From Eledone cirrhosa (lineage: Eukaryota): a DNA stretch of 64,000 nt. Of this stretch, positions 16,776-27,800 are shown piece after piece. The stretch lies in the NCBI GenBank assembly GCA_964016885.1, contig OZ024766.1, positions 22,072,001-22,136,000 on the forward strand, written 5' to 3'. Every line of letters begins with the position of its first letter. The stretch's first letter is position 1. The notes beneath the pieces were generated by a model that did no database searches, had not been told where the DNA came from, and was given only the letters and a program-made list of their open reading frames with translations. The translations under genes and the position numbers were made by a program.

Positions 16776-16947
16776 GATGAGATTCTACAGGACTAGAACT
16801 GTTTCATTCATTAGAAATCATCGATGATTTCTAATGAATGAAACAGTTCTAGTCCTGTAGAATCTCATCTATATTAAAACTTTTATACTCTGCTATGTAT
16901 TGAGTACCTTACTTACTGTGGTTACCTCCGATTCAACCCGGAATAAC
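16771..16947 (+). mobile_element. Penelope-like relic: perfect 104-bp palindrome (16771-16874) plus unpaired tail; 5'-truncated hammerhead
   Basis: Centre ATCAT-CG-ATGAT; arm reads GATGA...GAAAC-AG-TTCTAGTC-CT-GTA|GAA; same family as 42978-43164. Confidence 0.65.
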
Positions 16948-16948
16948 G

Positions 16949-17010
<62 letters not shown>

Positions 17011-17024
17011 TGTATGTATGTTAT

Positions 17025-17103
17025 GTCAGGTCACCAGTTGGTGCTACTGGTAACATGTATATAAAGTAGTGGCCGTACTCGAAAACGAGTTGGCAGCCAC
17101 CAT
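17025..17103 (+). mobile_element. Minimal internally deleted copy of the element at 17148-17757
   Basis: First ~35 bp joined directly to the last ~45 bp of the adjacent element. Confidence 0.7.
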
Positions 17104-17147
17104 GTATGTATGTATGTATATACATACATATATACATATATACATAT

Positions 17148-17757
17148 GTCAGGTCACCACTTGGTGCTACTGGTAACATGTATCCCAGTACAACCTGTCT
17201 CATGGTCGGGTCGTTGGCGACTAAACTGGCAACCCCACCAAGGTTTCTTGGTGAGGAGGGTGACTTTGGACATCCTGCAGGACTAAAAACAAAACCTGTC
17301 AAAGGGCAAAGGAGCTATTAAGAGTCAATGGCCATCCAAAATCACAGGGAGAGATGACCCCTTAGCCTTTGTCAAGGCAGAATTCTAGGAGAAGGAAAAC
17401 TCTGATATAACACCTGCAACCCTGATGGTATCCAATGATGTTGACTTGTTCTTCTTTTTGGTAAATATCATCTTGGTTAAGAGAGTGGCACTGGCTTTGT
17501 GCAGTGCCTTTGCTCACTATAAAAGCTTCACGGCACAGGCATTGCCTTATATCTGGAGATCTCTCTGCACTTGTCGTCACATGTTACCATGGGCCCAGCA
17601 CTATGTGTCAATAATTGTCACAAGTGTAGTGTTTGTACCAGAGTTTTCAAGTCGCTGGCTGGACTAAAAAGTCGCACTCGTTCAGCGCATCGGTAGGGGT
17701 TCTCCTACATGGATATAAAGTAGTGGCCGTACTCGAAAACGAGTTGGCAGCCACCAT
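17148..17757 (+). mobile_element. Non-autonomous RTE derivative (5' UTR-like part fused to a C2H2-like ORF tail and 3' end)
   Basis: GGCGACTAAACTGGCA and AGGAGAAGGAAAACTCTGA resemble RTE 5' UTR motifs; [25 protein letters not shown] resembles the RTE C-terminal zinc finger. Confidence 0.6.
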
Positions 17758-17770
17758 ATATATATATATG

Positions 17771-17954
<184 letters not shown>

Positions 17955-17956
17955 GA

Positions 17957-18155
17957 GGCACATGGCTCAGTGGTTAGAGCATTGGCCTTGCAATCGAAAG
18001 GTTGTGAGTTCAATTCTCAGACCGGGTGATGTGTTGTTTCCTTGAGCAAGACACTTTATTTCACATTGCTCCAGTTTACTCAGCTGTAGAAATGAGATGA
18101 TAGGGACTGGGGTCCCTATCATTCCACTACAAAAAAGCCCCCAGCACTCACTGTA
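17957..18155 (+). mobile_element. tRNA-derived SINE
   Basis: A box TGGCTCAGTGG, B box GAGTTCAATTCTC, CCTTGAGCAAGACACTTTATTTCAC shared with 10729. Confidence 0.78.
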
Positions 18156-18584
18156 AACAACAACAGTAACAAGAACAGTAACAACAACAACAGCAGTAAC
18201 AACAACAACAGTAACAACAGCAGTAACAACAACAACACCAACATCAGCAACACCAACAACAACAACAACAACAACACCAACAACAACAACACCAACACCA
18301 ACAACAACAGCAACAACATCACCACCACCAACAACAACAACAACACCAACAACAACACCAACAACAACAACACCAACACCAACAACAACAGCAACACCAA
18401 CAACAACAACAACACCAACAACAACAACACCAACACCAACAACACCAACAACAACACCAACAACAACAACACCAACACCAACAACAACAGCAACACCAAC
18501 AACAACAGTAACACCAACAACAACAACAACACCAACAACAACACCAACAACAACACCAACAACAACAACAACACCAACAACAAC
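18156..18584. repeat. (ACA/ACC)n trinucleotide tract
   Basis: Directly visible. Confidence 0.9.
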
Positions 18585-18594
18585 CCTATCGTAC

Positions 18595-18794
18595 CGTATC
18601 AACTTCAACAGTTTCCTCTTCAGTGTCAGCGGTCCAAACACCCGAGTCCTCTCTGTCGTCAACTATGTCCTCTTTTATATCCTCCTGGGGCACTGGCCAC
18701 TCGCTGGTGATGAGGAGAGCCTCGTCGCTGTCGTCTTCTTCAGCTTCCCCCTGATCCGGGTGGTGTTGGTGCTGTTGGGTATCAGCAACGGTAA
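18595..18794 (-). CDS. Putative internal coding exon (VTVADTQQHQHHPDQGEAEEDDS...TVEVDT), acidic
   Basis: Acceptor ATCTCTCCCCTTGCAG|TT in phase 1 matches the giant exon donor; donor ACG|GTACGA in phase 0 matches the next exon; 200 bp. Confidence 0.75.
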
Positions 18795-18841
18795 CTGCAA
18801 GGGGAGAGATATACAATATATTAACAAATGGAAACTATATT

Positions 18842-18907
18842 TATTTCATTATACATATTTCAAGGGCCACCAGAGCAAACTATGGTGCGCTTTCATCAGA
18901 TAAAATA
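18842..18907 (-). ncRNA. Type I minimal hammerhead ribozyme motif
   Basis: TATTTTAT-CTGATGA-AAGCGCACCA...TGGTGGCCCTT-GAAA-T-ATGT-A-TA|ATGAAATA. Confidence 0.7.
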
Positions 18908-18981
18908 TAATATAGGTTAGTTTTATAAATAAATATTGACATACCCTTAAAAAAATGCAACTATTCTGGTTGGAATCTCCT

Positions 18982-19053
<72 letters not shown>

Positions 19054-19179
19054 GTAGGAGGTGAGTTTTATTGTAGTACAATAAAGCAATGCAGATATCG
19101 GATAAGAAGCACTCTACAGTTTGTAGGACTGGAGTATACATAATATATAAGAACAAAAGATGGTTAAAAGAGTTCCATG

Positions 19180-19250
19180 TATTTTATTATGCGCATTTCA
19201 AAAACAAATATCATCATGCAATAATATTTGTGTTTTCATCAGATAAAATA
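19180..19250 (-). ncRNA. Type I minimal hammerhead ribozyme motif (mirror copy)
   Basis: Exact reverse complement of 19361-19431. Confidence 0.82.
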
Positions 19251-19360
19251 GGAAGACATGATATGAAGGTTAAAAACACTTGTGGATAGTGCAGTTTTAA
19301 TATGTTGATTTAAAACTGCACTATCCACAAGTGTTTTTTAACCTTCATATCATGTCTTCC

Positions 19361-19431
19361 TATTTTATCTGATGAAAACACAAATATTATTGCATGATGA
19401 TATTTGTTTTTGAAATGCGCATAATAAAATA
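19361..19431 (+). ncRNA. Type I minimal hammerhead ribozyme motif
   Basis: TATTTTAT-CTGATGA-long stem II (ACAAATAT/ATATTTGT)-GAAA-T-GCGC-A-TA|ATAAAATA: 8-bp perfect stem I, palindromic tetraloop on stem III, AUA triplet. Confidence 0.85.
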
Positions 19432-19459
19432 CATGGAACTCTTTTAACCATCTTTTGTT

Positions 19460-19505
<46 letters not shown>

Positions 19506-19618
19506 ACAAAGGAAATGTGGTAAGGAACCAGATGGACCATAACGCACCAAAGTACTCAATGCTTAGGGTAGTAGAGTGGGTAATAGGAACCAGTAAGACC
19601 CCGACAATTTATTAACAA

Positions 19619-19990
19619 TCATCATCATCATCATCACCGTTTTACGTCCGTTCTTCCACGCTAGCATGGGTTAGACGGGTTGTCCTGTTGTGGGCAGTGT
19701 CTGGTCGGCTGACCATGCCTTGCTCATACAGGAACTGATCTGGCTTGATTTCTACAGCTGGATGCCCTTCCTAACACCAACCTCATTTACAGTGAGTGCT
19801 GGGTGCTTTTTCGTGGCGCCTACACGTCCACTTTACAGTGTGGGCTGGGTGCTTTTTTGCCGTGGCACCTCCACGACCACCTTGCGGTGGGGGGAGTGGG
19901 GGCATATTGTTTATATGCTTCAGCATGTACCCATGGGAGGTCGGGTACCCTGTATTACTGTGTGACGCCAGAAGTCACGGTCGTGTGTCA
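19619..19990 (-). mobile_element. RTE LINE 3' end flanked by 107-bp direct repeats
   Basis: Reverse complement of the 10257 family; repeats at 19512-19618 and 19991-20097. Confidence 0.8.
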
Positions 19991-20376
19991 GAAATGTGGT
20001 AAGGAACCAGGTGGACCATAACGCACCAAAGTACTCAATGCTTAGGGTAGTAGAGTGGGTAATAGGAACCAGTAAGACCCCGACAATTTATTAACAAATG
20101 GAAACATTATTTATAAAACCATATTTATTTCATTACACATCTTTCAAGGGCCACCAGAGAAAACTATCCTCCTTTTCCATCCCTAAATGTATCCTAAAAG
20201 AGGTTAGAGACTGTCCTTTGCAACAGACCGCTCTCTCGTCCCTTTCTTCTCTAGGAATCAACTTAAATCATTTGGTTTATTCAGAGTTGCTCCTCTCCCA
20301 GATGAGTCAGAGGCTTGCATCTTGCTCGTATATTCCAAATAGAGATTAACCAAATTAAGGAGTTTTTACTGTAAGA

Positions 20377-21232
20377 CAAGCATTGATATATTCGACCTTG
20401 AAGATGAACTTGAAGTCCTCAGGGTATGACTGGTATCTATCTGTCATTAGCATGTCCCAGTTGCCTGATTGAAAACATATCTTAACCCCTGACAAACCCC
20501 TCAGCATGTTTGCTATAACTCACCCTTATTAATAATCCTGGAATGATTTTGCAGAAAATACCTAAAAACTGGTTTGTTTCTAATTTTTGGCATAAGGCCA
20601 GTAATAACCCAGTACATTACTGGTACTTTAAATCTTATATACATTGATTGGAGATTGAAAACATATCTTAACCCCTGACAAACCCCTCAGCATGTTTGCT
20701 ATAACTCACCCTTATTAATAATCCTGGAATGATTTTGCAGAAAATACCTAAAAACTGGTTTGTTTCTAATTTTTGGCATAAGGCCAGTAATAACCCAGTA
20801 CATTACTGGTACTTTAAATCTTATATACATTGATTGGAGATTGAAAACATATCTTAACCCCTGACAAACCCCTCAGCATGTTTGCTATAACTCACCCTTA
20901 TTAATAATCCTGGAATGATTTTGCAGAAAATACCTAAAAACTGGTTTGTTTCTAATTTTTGGCATAAGGCCAGTAATAACCCAGTACATTACTGGTACTT
21001 TAAATCTTATATACATTGATTGGAGATTGAAAACATATCTTAACCCCTGACAAACCCCTCAGCATGTTTGCTATAACTCACCCTTATTAATAATCCTGGA
21101 ATGATTTTGCAGAAAATACCTAAAAACTGGTTTGTTTCTAATTTTTGGACACAAGGCTAGTAATTACCCAGTACATTACTGGTACTTTAAATCTTATATA
21201 CATTGATTGGAGAACTGAGAAGCTGTGTCCAG
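20377..21232 (-). repeat. Inverted copy of 12661-15545 with about 4 units of the 186-bp repeat
   Basis: Both unique flanks (ACTGGACACAGCTTCTCAGTTCTCC and the CATACCCTGAGGACTTCAAG segment) are present in reverse complement. Confidence 0.92.
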
Positions 21233-21235
21233 TAG

Positions 21236-21420
21236 GGCGGTGGATTGGCAGTATCGGTAGAGGGTCGGACATGCTTTCCAGCATAGTTACGTCGCCTTAC
21301 GATCTGAGTTCAAATCCTGCCGAGGTTAACTTTGCCTTTCATCCTTACGGGGTCGATAAAATAAAGTACCAGTAACGTACTGGGTAATTGCTGGCCTTGT
21401 GCCAAATGTAGAAACAATTA
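21236..21420 (+). mobile_element. tRNA-derived SINE (same family as 9644-9834)
   Basis: GGCGGTGGATTGGCAG...GAGTTCAAATCC...GGGGTCGATAAAATAAAGTACCAG. Confidence 0.8.
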
Positions 21421-21854
21421 TTTTACATACTTTTTACTATGAAGTAGATTAAATATACTTACCATATGTCCAGCTGAGTATTACAAATAGAGAAAAATAT
21501 TATAGAAGAAATATAGCAGGACTAAGGAAGTGCCTAACAGAAAACCAGAAATACTAGGAAATTATTTTCTGAAGATAAGGAAGCAATAAGTATAGTATAG
21601 AAACTGAAGATACAGCAGCGAAGTTAAAACCAAACACTAACTGACTAAATAAAGAAAACAAAGAATGATCTGCAAAAAGAAAAGCCAAAACAAAAGACTT
21701 CAATGTTTAACCAAAAAGATATAATCAAATATAACTTTATAGGGTCAGCATCCATCAAAATAGTACAGAGATGACATTAGAGATGACATTAGAGCTGGAG
21801 AATATATCATCATCATCATCACCCATTCATATACTATATATTATATACTATATA

Positions 21855-22326
21855 AAGAAGTTGATGGAAACCGTGGAGTGGGGAGACCCAAGATGACCTG
21901 GGATGAGGTGATAAAAGCCGACCTTACCCAATTACACCTCTCAAAGGCAATGACACACGACTGTGACTTCTGGCGTCACGCAGTAATACAGAGTACCCGA
22001 CTTCCCATGGGTACATGCTGAAGCATATAGACAATATGCCCCCACACACCCCACCGCAAGGTGGTCGTGGAGGTGCCACGGTAAAAAAGCACCCAGCCCA
22101 CACTGTAAAGTGGACGTGTAGGCGCCACGAAAAAACACCCAGCACTCACTGTAAATGAGGTTGGTGTTAGGAAGGGCATCCAGCTGTAGAAATCAAGCCA
22201 GATCAGTTCCTGTATGAGCAAGGCATGGTCAGCCGACCAGACACTGCCCACAACAGGACAACCCGTCTAACCCATGCGAGCGTGGAAAAACGGACGTAAA
22301 ACGGTGATGATGATGATGATGATGAT
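21855..22326 (+). mobile_element. RTE LINE 3' end
   Basis: EVDGNRGVGRPKMTWDEVIKADL..., 3' UTR and (GAT)n tail. Confidence 0.8.
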
Positions 22327-22427
22327 AAACTGATTTTACATTTCATATAGAATTCTATGTGAGATGTTTTAACAATGTAGAATATATACCAATATATGAT
22401 ATGATATGATATATATATATATATATG

Positions 22428-22775
22428 TATACGTGAACGGCAAAGCATTAACGAACTAAGGGAAAAATTAGAAATAAGAGGGATCAGATGTTGTTTACTC
22501 GAGAGAAGGCTACGTTGGTGTGGTCACGTGATGCGCATGAAAGACGACAGCTGTATAAAAAAGTGCAGGGCAATAAAGATAGATGGTAGCCACGGAGTAG
22601 GCAGACCCAGAAAAACCTGGGACGACTTGATAAATTCCAACCTCACACACTTACACTTCTCCAAGACAATGTCACTGGACCGAGATCTTTGGTACTACAC
22701 AGTTATACAGAAGACCTGCCTTGCCTAAGTACAAAGTGAAACCTACTACAGTCAGTAGGCACCTCTAACAAAATA
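22428..22775 (+). mobile_element. RTE LINE ORF C-terminal fragment
   Basis: RRLRWCGHVMRMKDDSCIKKC...GRPRKTWDD; homologous to 55268-55615. Confidence 0.82.
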
Positions 22776-23547
22776 CACCATCACCACCACCACCACCACC
22801 ACCACCACCACCACCACTACTAGGCCACCACCATCACCACTACCACCACTACACCACCACCACCACTACACCACCACCACACCACTACCACCACTACACC
22901 ACCACCACCACCACCACTACACCACCACCACCACCATCACTACACCACCACCACCACCACTACCACCACCACACCACCACCACTACCACCACTACACCAC
23001 CACCACCACCACCACCACTACACCACCACCATCACTACACCACCACCACCACCACCACCGCTGACACCGAAAATAAAGTTAATTGGTTTGTTATTTCTAA
23101 TTCTGTCTTGACTCACCACTCAATGATGTGATGTTGGTGTATATATATGTGTGTATATATATGTGTGTATATATATGTGTGTATATATGTCTGTATATAC
23201 ATGTGTGTGTATATATGTGTGTATATATATGTGTGTATATATATGTGTGTATATATATGTGTGTATATATATGTGTGTATATATGTCTGTATATACATGT
23301 GTGTGTATATATGTGTGTATATATATGTGTGTATATATATGTGTGTATATATATGTGTGTATATATATGTGTGTATATATATATGTGTGTATATATGTCT
23401 GTATATACATGTGTGTGTATATATGTGTGTATATATATGTGTGTATATATATGTGTGTATATATATATGTGTGTATATATATGTGTGTATATACATGTGT
23501 GTGTATATATGTGTGTATATATATGTGTGTATATATATATGTGTATA

Positions 23548-23640
<93 letters not shown>
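22776..23640. repeat. (CAC)n tract followed by patterned (TA/TG)n microsatellite
   Basis: Directly visible. Confidence 0.9.
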
Positions 23641-23642
<2 letters not shown>

Positions 23643-23993
23643 CGTTTCTGAATTTGTTTAGCAAGATTCTTTATCTGAAAACGTGTGTTGAAACCGATAT
23701 TGTTATACTTTGGGGGGGTCTAACACATGCGCAAACTAAGCACACAACACACACACAAAAACAAGATGGCGTAGGACAGAACAAAGGAGAGGCACAAAAA
23801 CAAAGAAAAGAATCCCCAGTCACTGAAGAGGTCACAGAATGTGTGACGAAAGAACTTTGACAATATATGAACAACCGTCTGGTTGTGGAACCAACCAACC
23901 GGAAATTTATAAATTTAACTTATAATAAATTGAAGTGAAAGCAACTGGTGCGTGTGTTTCTTATTGGCAACATGACCCTCCCAAAGCATAACA

Positions 23994-24023
<30 letters not shown>

Positions 24024-24025
<2 letters not shown>

Positions 24026-24384
24026 TATGAAAATAAACCAAAGAAGCCTTCAATACATCAAAAGTCTTTATTAGCCAACAACGATTTAATCTATGTACTA
24101 TGATTTAATCTATGTACTATGATTTAATCTATGTACACGCCATATTCTTCTGAGTTTTCGGCTTGTATTGGCTGATAGTGCTTCTTATAGCTTTAATTGC
24201 CCTGATAAGTCCTTAATAGGACGAAACATTGTTGGCTAATAAAGACTTTTGATGTATTGAAGGCTTCTTTGGTTTATTTTCATAATTCTTTGGCTCTGTT
24301 TAATTACATTGAGCTATATCTTATACTGTCATTTCTATAATACGAAGAGGGTGTTTAACTCCAACACACTCTAGTATTTCAATT

Positions 24385-24390
<6 letters not shown>
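24024..24390 (+). mobile_element. Penelope-like relic: 58-bp inverted arms (24024-24081 / 24229-24286), unpaired tail, degenerate hammerhead at 24195-24240
   Basis: ATTGCC-CTGATAA-GTCCT/AGGAC-GAAAC-ATT-GTT|GGCTAAT; core carries a G8A change. Confidence 0.65.
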
Positions 24391-24429
<39 letters not shown>

Positions 24430-24434
<5 letters not shown>

Positions 24435-24625
24435 AACAAGTAGGACCCCGACGGCTGAGCTCAAGCCGTTTCGACGGCTAATTCAGTCCAGAATTAGCCG
24501 TCGAAACGGCTTGAGCTCAGCCGTCAGGGTCTTACTTGTTCCTATTACCCACTCTACTACCCTAAGTATTGAGTACTTTGGTGCGTTATGGTCCACCTGG
24601 TTCCTTACCACATTTCCTTCGTTAT
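24430..24625 (+). mobile_element. Penelope-like relic: 55-bp inverted arms (24430-24484 / 24491-24545) plus tail; 3' half of a hammerhead
   Basis: GAAAC-GGCT-TGAGCTC-AGCC-GTC; tail matches the reverse complement of 19505-19605. Confidence 0.65.
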
Positions 24626-24663
24626 ATATATATATATGATGATGATGATGATGATGATATATA

Positions 24664-24770
24664 TACCGAGCTGTTGAAAAGTTCCTGGATTTGTTGAATA
24701 AAATCCTAATCAAATATTCTTCCTCTATTTTCATTTACCCAAAACCAGGAACTTTTCAGCACAACGCTCC
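24664..24770. mobile_element. Mariner-like MITE relic
   Basis: Inverted termini TGTTGAAAAGTTCCTGG / CCAGGAACTTTTCAGCA. Confidence 0.55.
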
Positions 24771-24810
24771 ATCCTCATTAGCGAGTGTTTGTAATGAGAG
24801 TGTTACATAC

Positions 24811-27800
24811 CTCTCCCGGGTGTTTTGAAGCTCGCTTCATGTTTTAATTGCTGAATCCGTGGCACCTGAGAACTTCCCCTCACTGTCATTGCTGCTGTTG
24901 CTGTTGTTGTTGTTGTTGTTGTCGTGTTTCTGTCAAACGTGTTGGTTTCTACTGTAACATCTGTGCCAGTGGAGTTACCTCTCTCGCCAGATGTTTGTAA
25001 AGAGTGTGACATCTGTTGGACATCTGGGGAGTGTATGGTCAAATTTGTATTTGAATCTGACATTTGTTCGTCATCTGGAGACCGTACAGTCAAATTTGTA
25101 TTTGAATCTGACATCTGCTCATCATCTGGAGACCGTATGGTCAAATTTCTATTTGAACCTGACATCTGTTGGTCACCTCGAGACCATATGGTCAAATTTG
25201 TATTTGAATCCGACATCTGTCTGTCATTGTAGGGTGTCATATTGCTCTCTGTGTCGCTGTCTTCAGCATTAGCGGTGCCACAAGTTGTCGATGGCATCTG
25301 TTGTTCATCTGGAGACCGTATGGTAAAACTTGTATTTGATTCTGACATCTGATGATCAGCTGGAGGACATATGGTAAAACTTGTATTTAAATTCGACATC
25401 TGTTGGACATCTGGAGGCTGTATGGTAAAACTTGTATTTAAATCTGACATCTGTTGATCACCTGGGGAATGTATGGTCAAATATGTATTTGAATCCGACA
25501 TCTGTTTGTCATCTGGAGGACATATGGTAAAACTTGTATTTAAATCCGACATCTGTTGCTCATCTGGAGACCGTATAGTAAAACTTATATTTGATTCTGA
25601 CAACTGTTGATCATCTGGAGACCGTATAGTAAAACTTGTATTTAAATGCGACATCTGTTGATCATCTGGGGAATGTATGGTAAAACTTTTATTTAGATTT
25701 GACGTCTGTTGTTCATCTAGAGACCGTATGGTCAAATTCGCATTTGAATCTGACATCTGTTGATCTGGGGAATGTATGGTAAAGCTTGTATTTAAATCCG
25801 ACATCTGTTTATAGTTTAAATCCTCCATGTAGCTCCCCCTTGCACCGCTGTCTTTAACATTAATTGTGCCACATGGCACTGATGTTGTCTGTTGGAGATC
25901 TTCTGGCCCAACGGGGTTATCTGTCTCACAAGATGTTGGTGCTGCGTTTGACATATCTGCTGACCGTTTGGTCAAACTTCCATCTAATTCTGACATCCGT
26001 CTGTCATTAAAGTGTGCCAAATAGCTCCCCCTGGTGTCACTGCCTTCAACATTAGCTGTGCCACAAGTTGTTGATGACATATGTTGAACATCTGGGAAGA
26101 GTTTGGTCAGATTTGTATTTAAATCCAACATCTGGTAGTCATCTGGAGGCCGCTTTTTGAAACTTATATTCGATTCCGACACCTGTCTATTGTTAAAATT
26201 CTCTATATAGCTCCCCCTGGTGTCACTGTCTTCAACATTAGCTGTACCACAAGTTGTCGATGACATCTGTGAAACATCTGGGGAGAGTTTGGTAAAACTT
26301 GTATTTAAATCCGACATCTGTTGGACATCTGGCGAAAGTTTCGTCAGATTTATATTTAAATCTGACATCTGTCTATTGTTAAAACCCTCCATATAGCTCC
26401 CCCTGGTATTGCTGTCTTCAACATTAGCCATGCCACAACTTGTTGATGACATCTGTTGGACATCTGGCGAGAGTTTCGTCAGATTTATATTTAAATCTGA
26501 CATCTGTCTATTGTTAAAACCCTCCATATAGCTCCCTCTGGTGCCGCTGTCTTCAACATTAGCCATGCCACAACTTGTTGATGACATCTGTTGGACATCT
26601 GGCGAGAGTTTCGTCAGATTTATATTTAAATCTGACATCTGTCTATTGTTAAAACCCTCGATATAGCTCCCCTTGGTGCCGCTGTCTTCAACATTAGCCA
26701 TGCCACAACTTGTTGATGACATCTGTTGGACATCTGGCGAGAGTTTCGTCAGATTTATATTTAAATCTGACATCTGTCTATTGTTAAAACCCTCCATATA
26801 GCTCCCCCTGGTGCCGCTGTCTTCAACATTAGCCATGCCACAACTTGTTGATGACATCTGTTGGAGGTCTGGAGACCGTCTGGTTTCTCTCTCACCAGAC
26901 AGCTCCATTTCGACAGTGCCCTCGCTGCCATCAACAAACTTCACATCCCTGTCGTCTCTCGAATTATCGTCCTTTTCATCTTTCAATATTATCCAACTGC
27001 GATGAAAACCAATCCCCAATGTAGACCAACAAGCTGATTCTACCATCTCTTTGTGGGGGTGGGGACGTTGGCCCTCTTCAAATTCTACCTTGTCTTGTGG
27101 GTGGTGTCCCCTTCCAAATTCTACCATCTCTTGATAGTAGGGGCTATTCTCTCCAAATTCTCCTTCCATATCTGTCAAGGGAGCTACCATTTCTTTATAG
27201 TAAGGGTCACTCCCTTCAAATTTTCCTTCCATAACAGTCAAGGGAGCTACCATCTTTTGGTAGGGGTCATTCCTTCCAAATTTTCCCTCCATATCTGTCA
27301 AGGGATCCTTCATCTCTTGGAAGGGGTCACACCTTCCAAATTTTCCTTTCATATCTGTCAAGGGAGCTACCATTTCTTTATAGTAAGCGTCACTCCCTTC
27401 AAATTTTCCTTCCATAACAGTCAAGGGAGCTACCATCTTTTGGTAGGGGTCACACCTTCCAAATTTTCCCTCCATATCTGTCAAGGGATCCTTCATCTCT
27501 TGGAAGGGGTCACACCTTCCAAATTTTCCTTTCATATCTGTCAAGGGAGCTACCATTTCTTTATAGTAAGCGTCACTCCCTTCAAATTTTCCTTCCATAA
27601 CAGTCAAGGGAGCTACCATCTTTTGGTAGGGGTCACACCTTCCAAATTTTCCTTTCATATCTGTCAAGGGAGCTACCATTTCCTGGTAGTTTGTCCCCTC
27701 TGTTGTTTCATTCCAGGTGTTTCCAAATAAATCCTTACTCCCTGTGGGGCCTGGTCCTTCATCCCCTTTGTTCCAGGTGTCTGGGGATCTTTCATCAAAT

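Larger units (their letters stand above)
19055..19466. mobile_element. Penelope-like relic: ~158-bp inverted arms (19143-19300 / 19310-19466) plus ~90-bp unpaired tail, inside (TA)n
   Basis: Arms identical apart from a 1-nt homopolymer indel; 9-nt loop; one hammerhead per arm. Confidence 0.75.
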
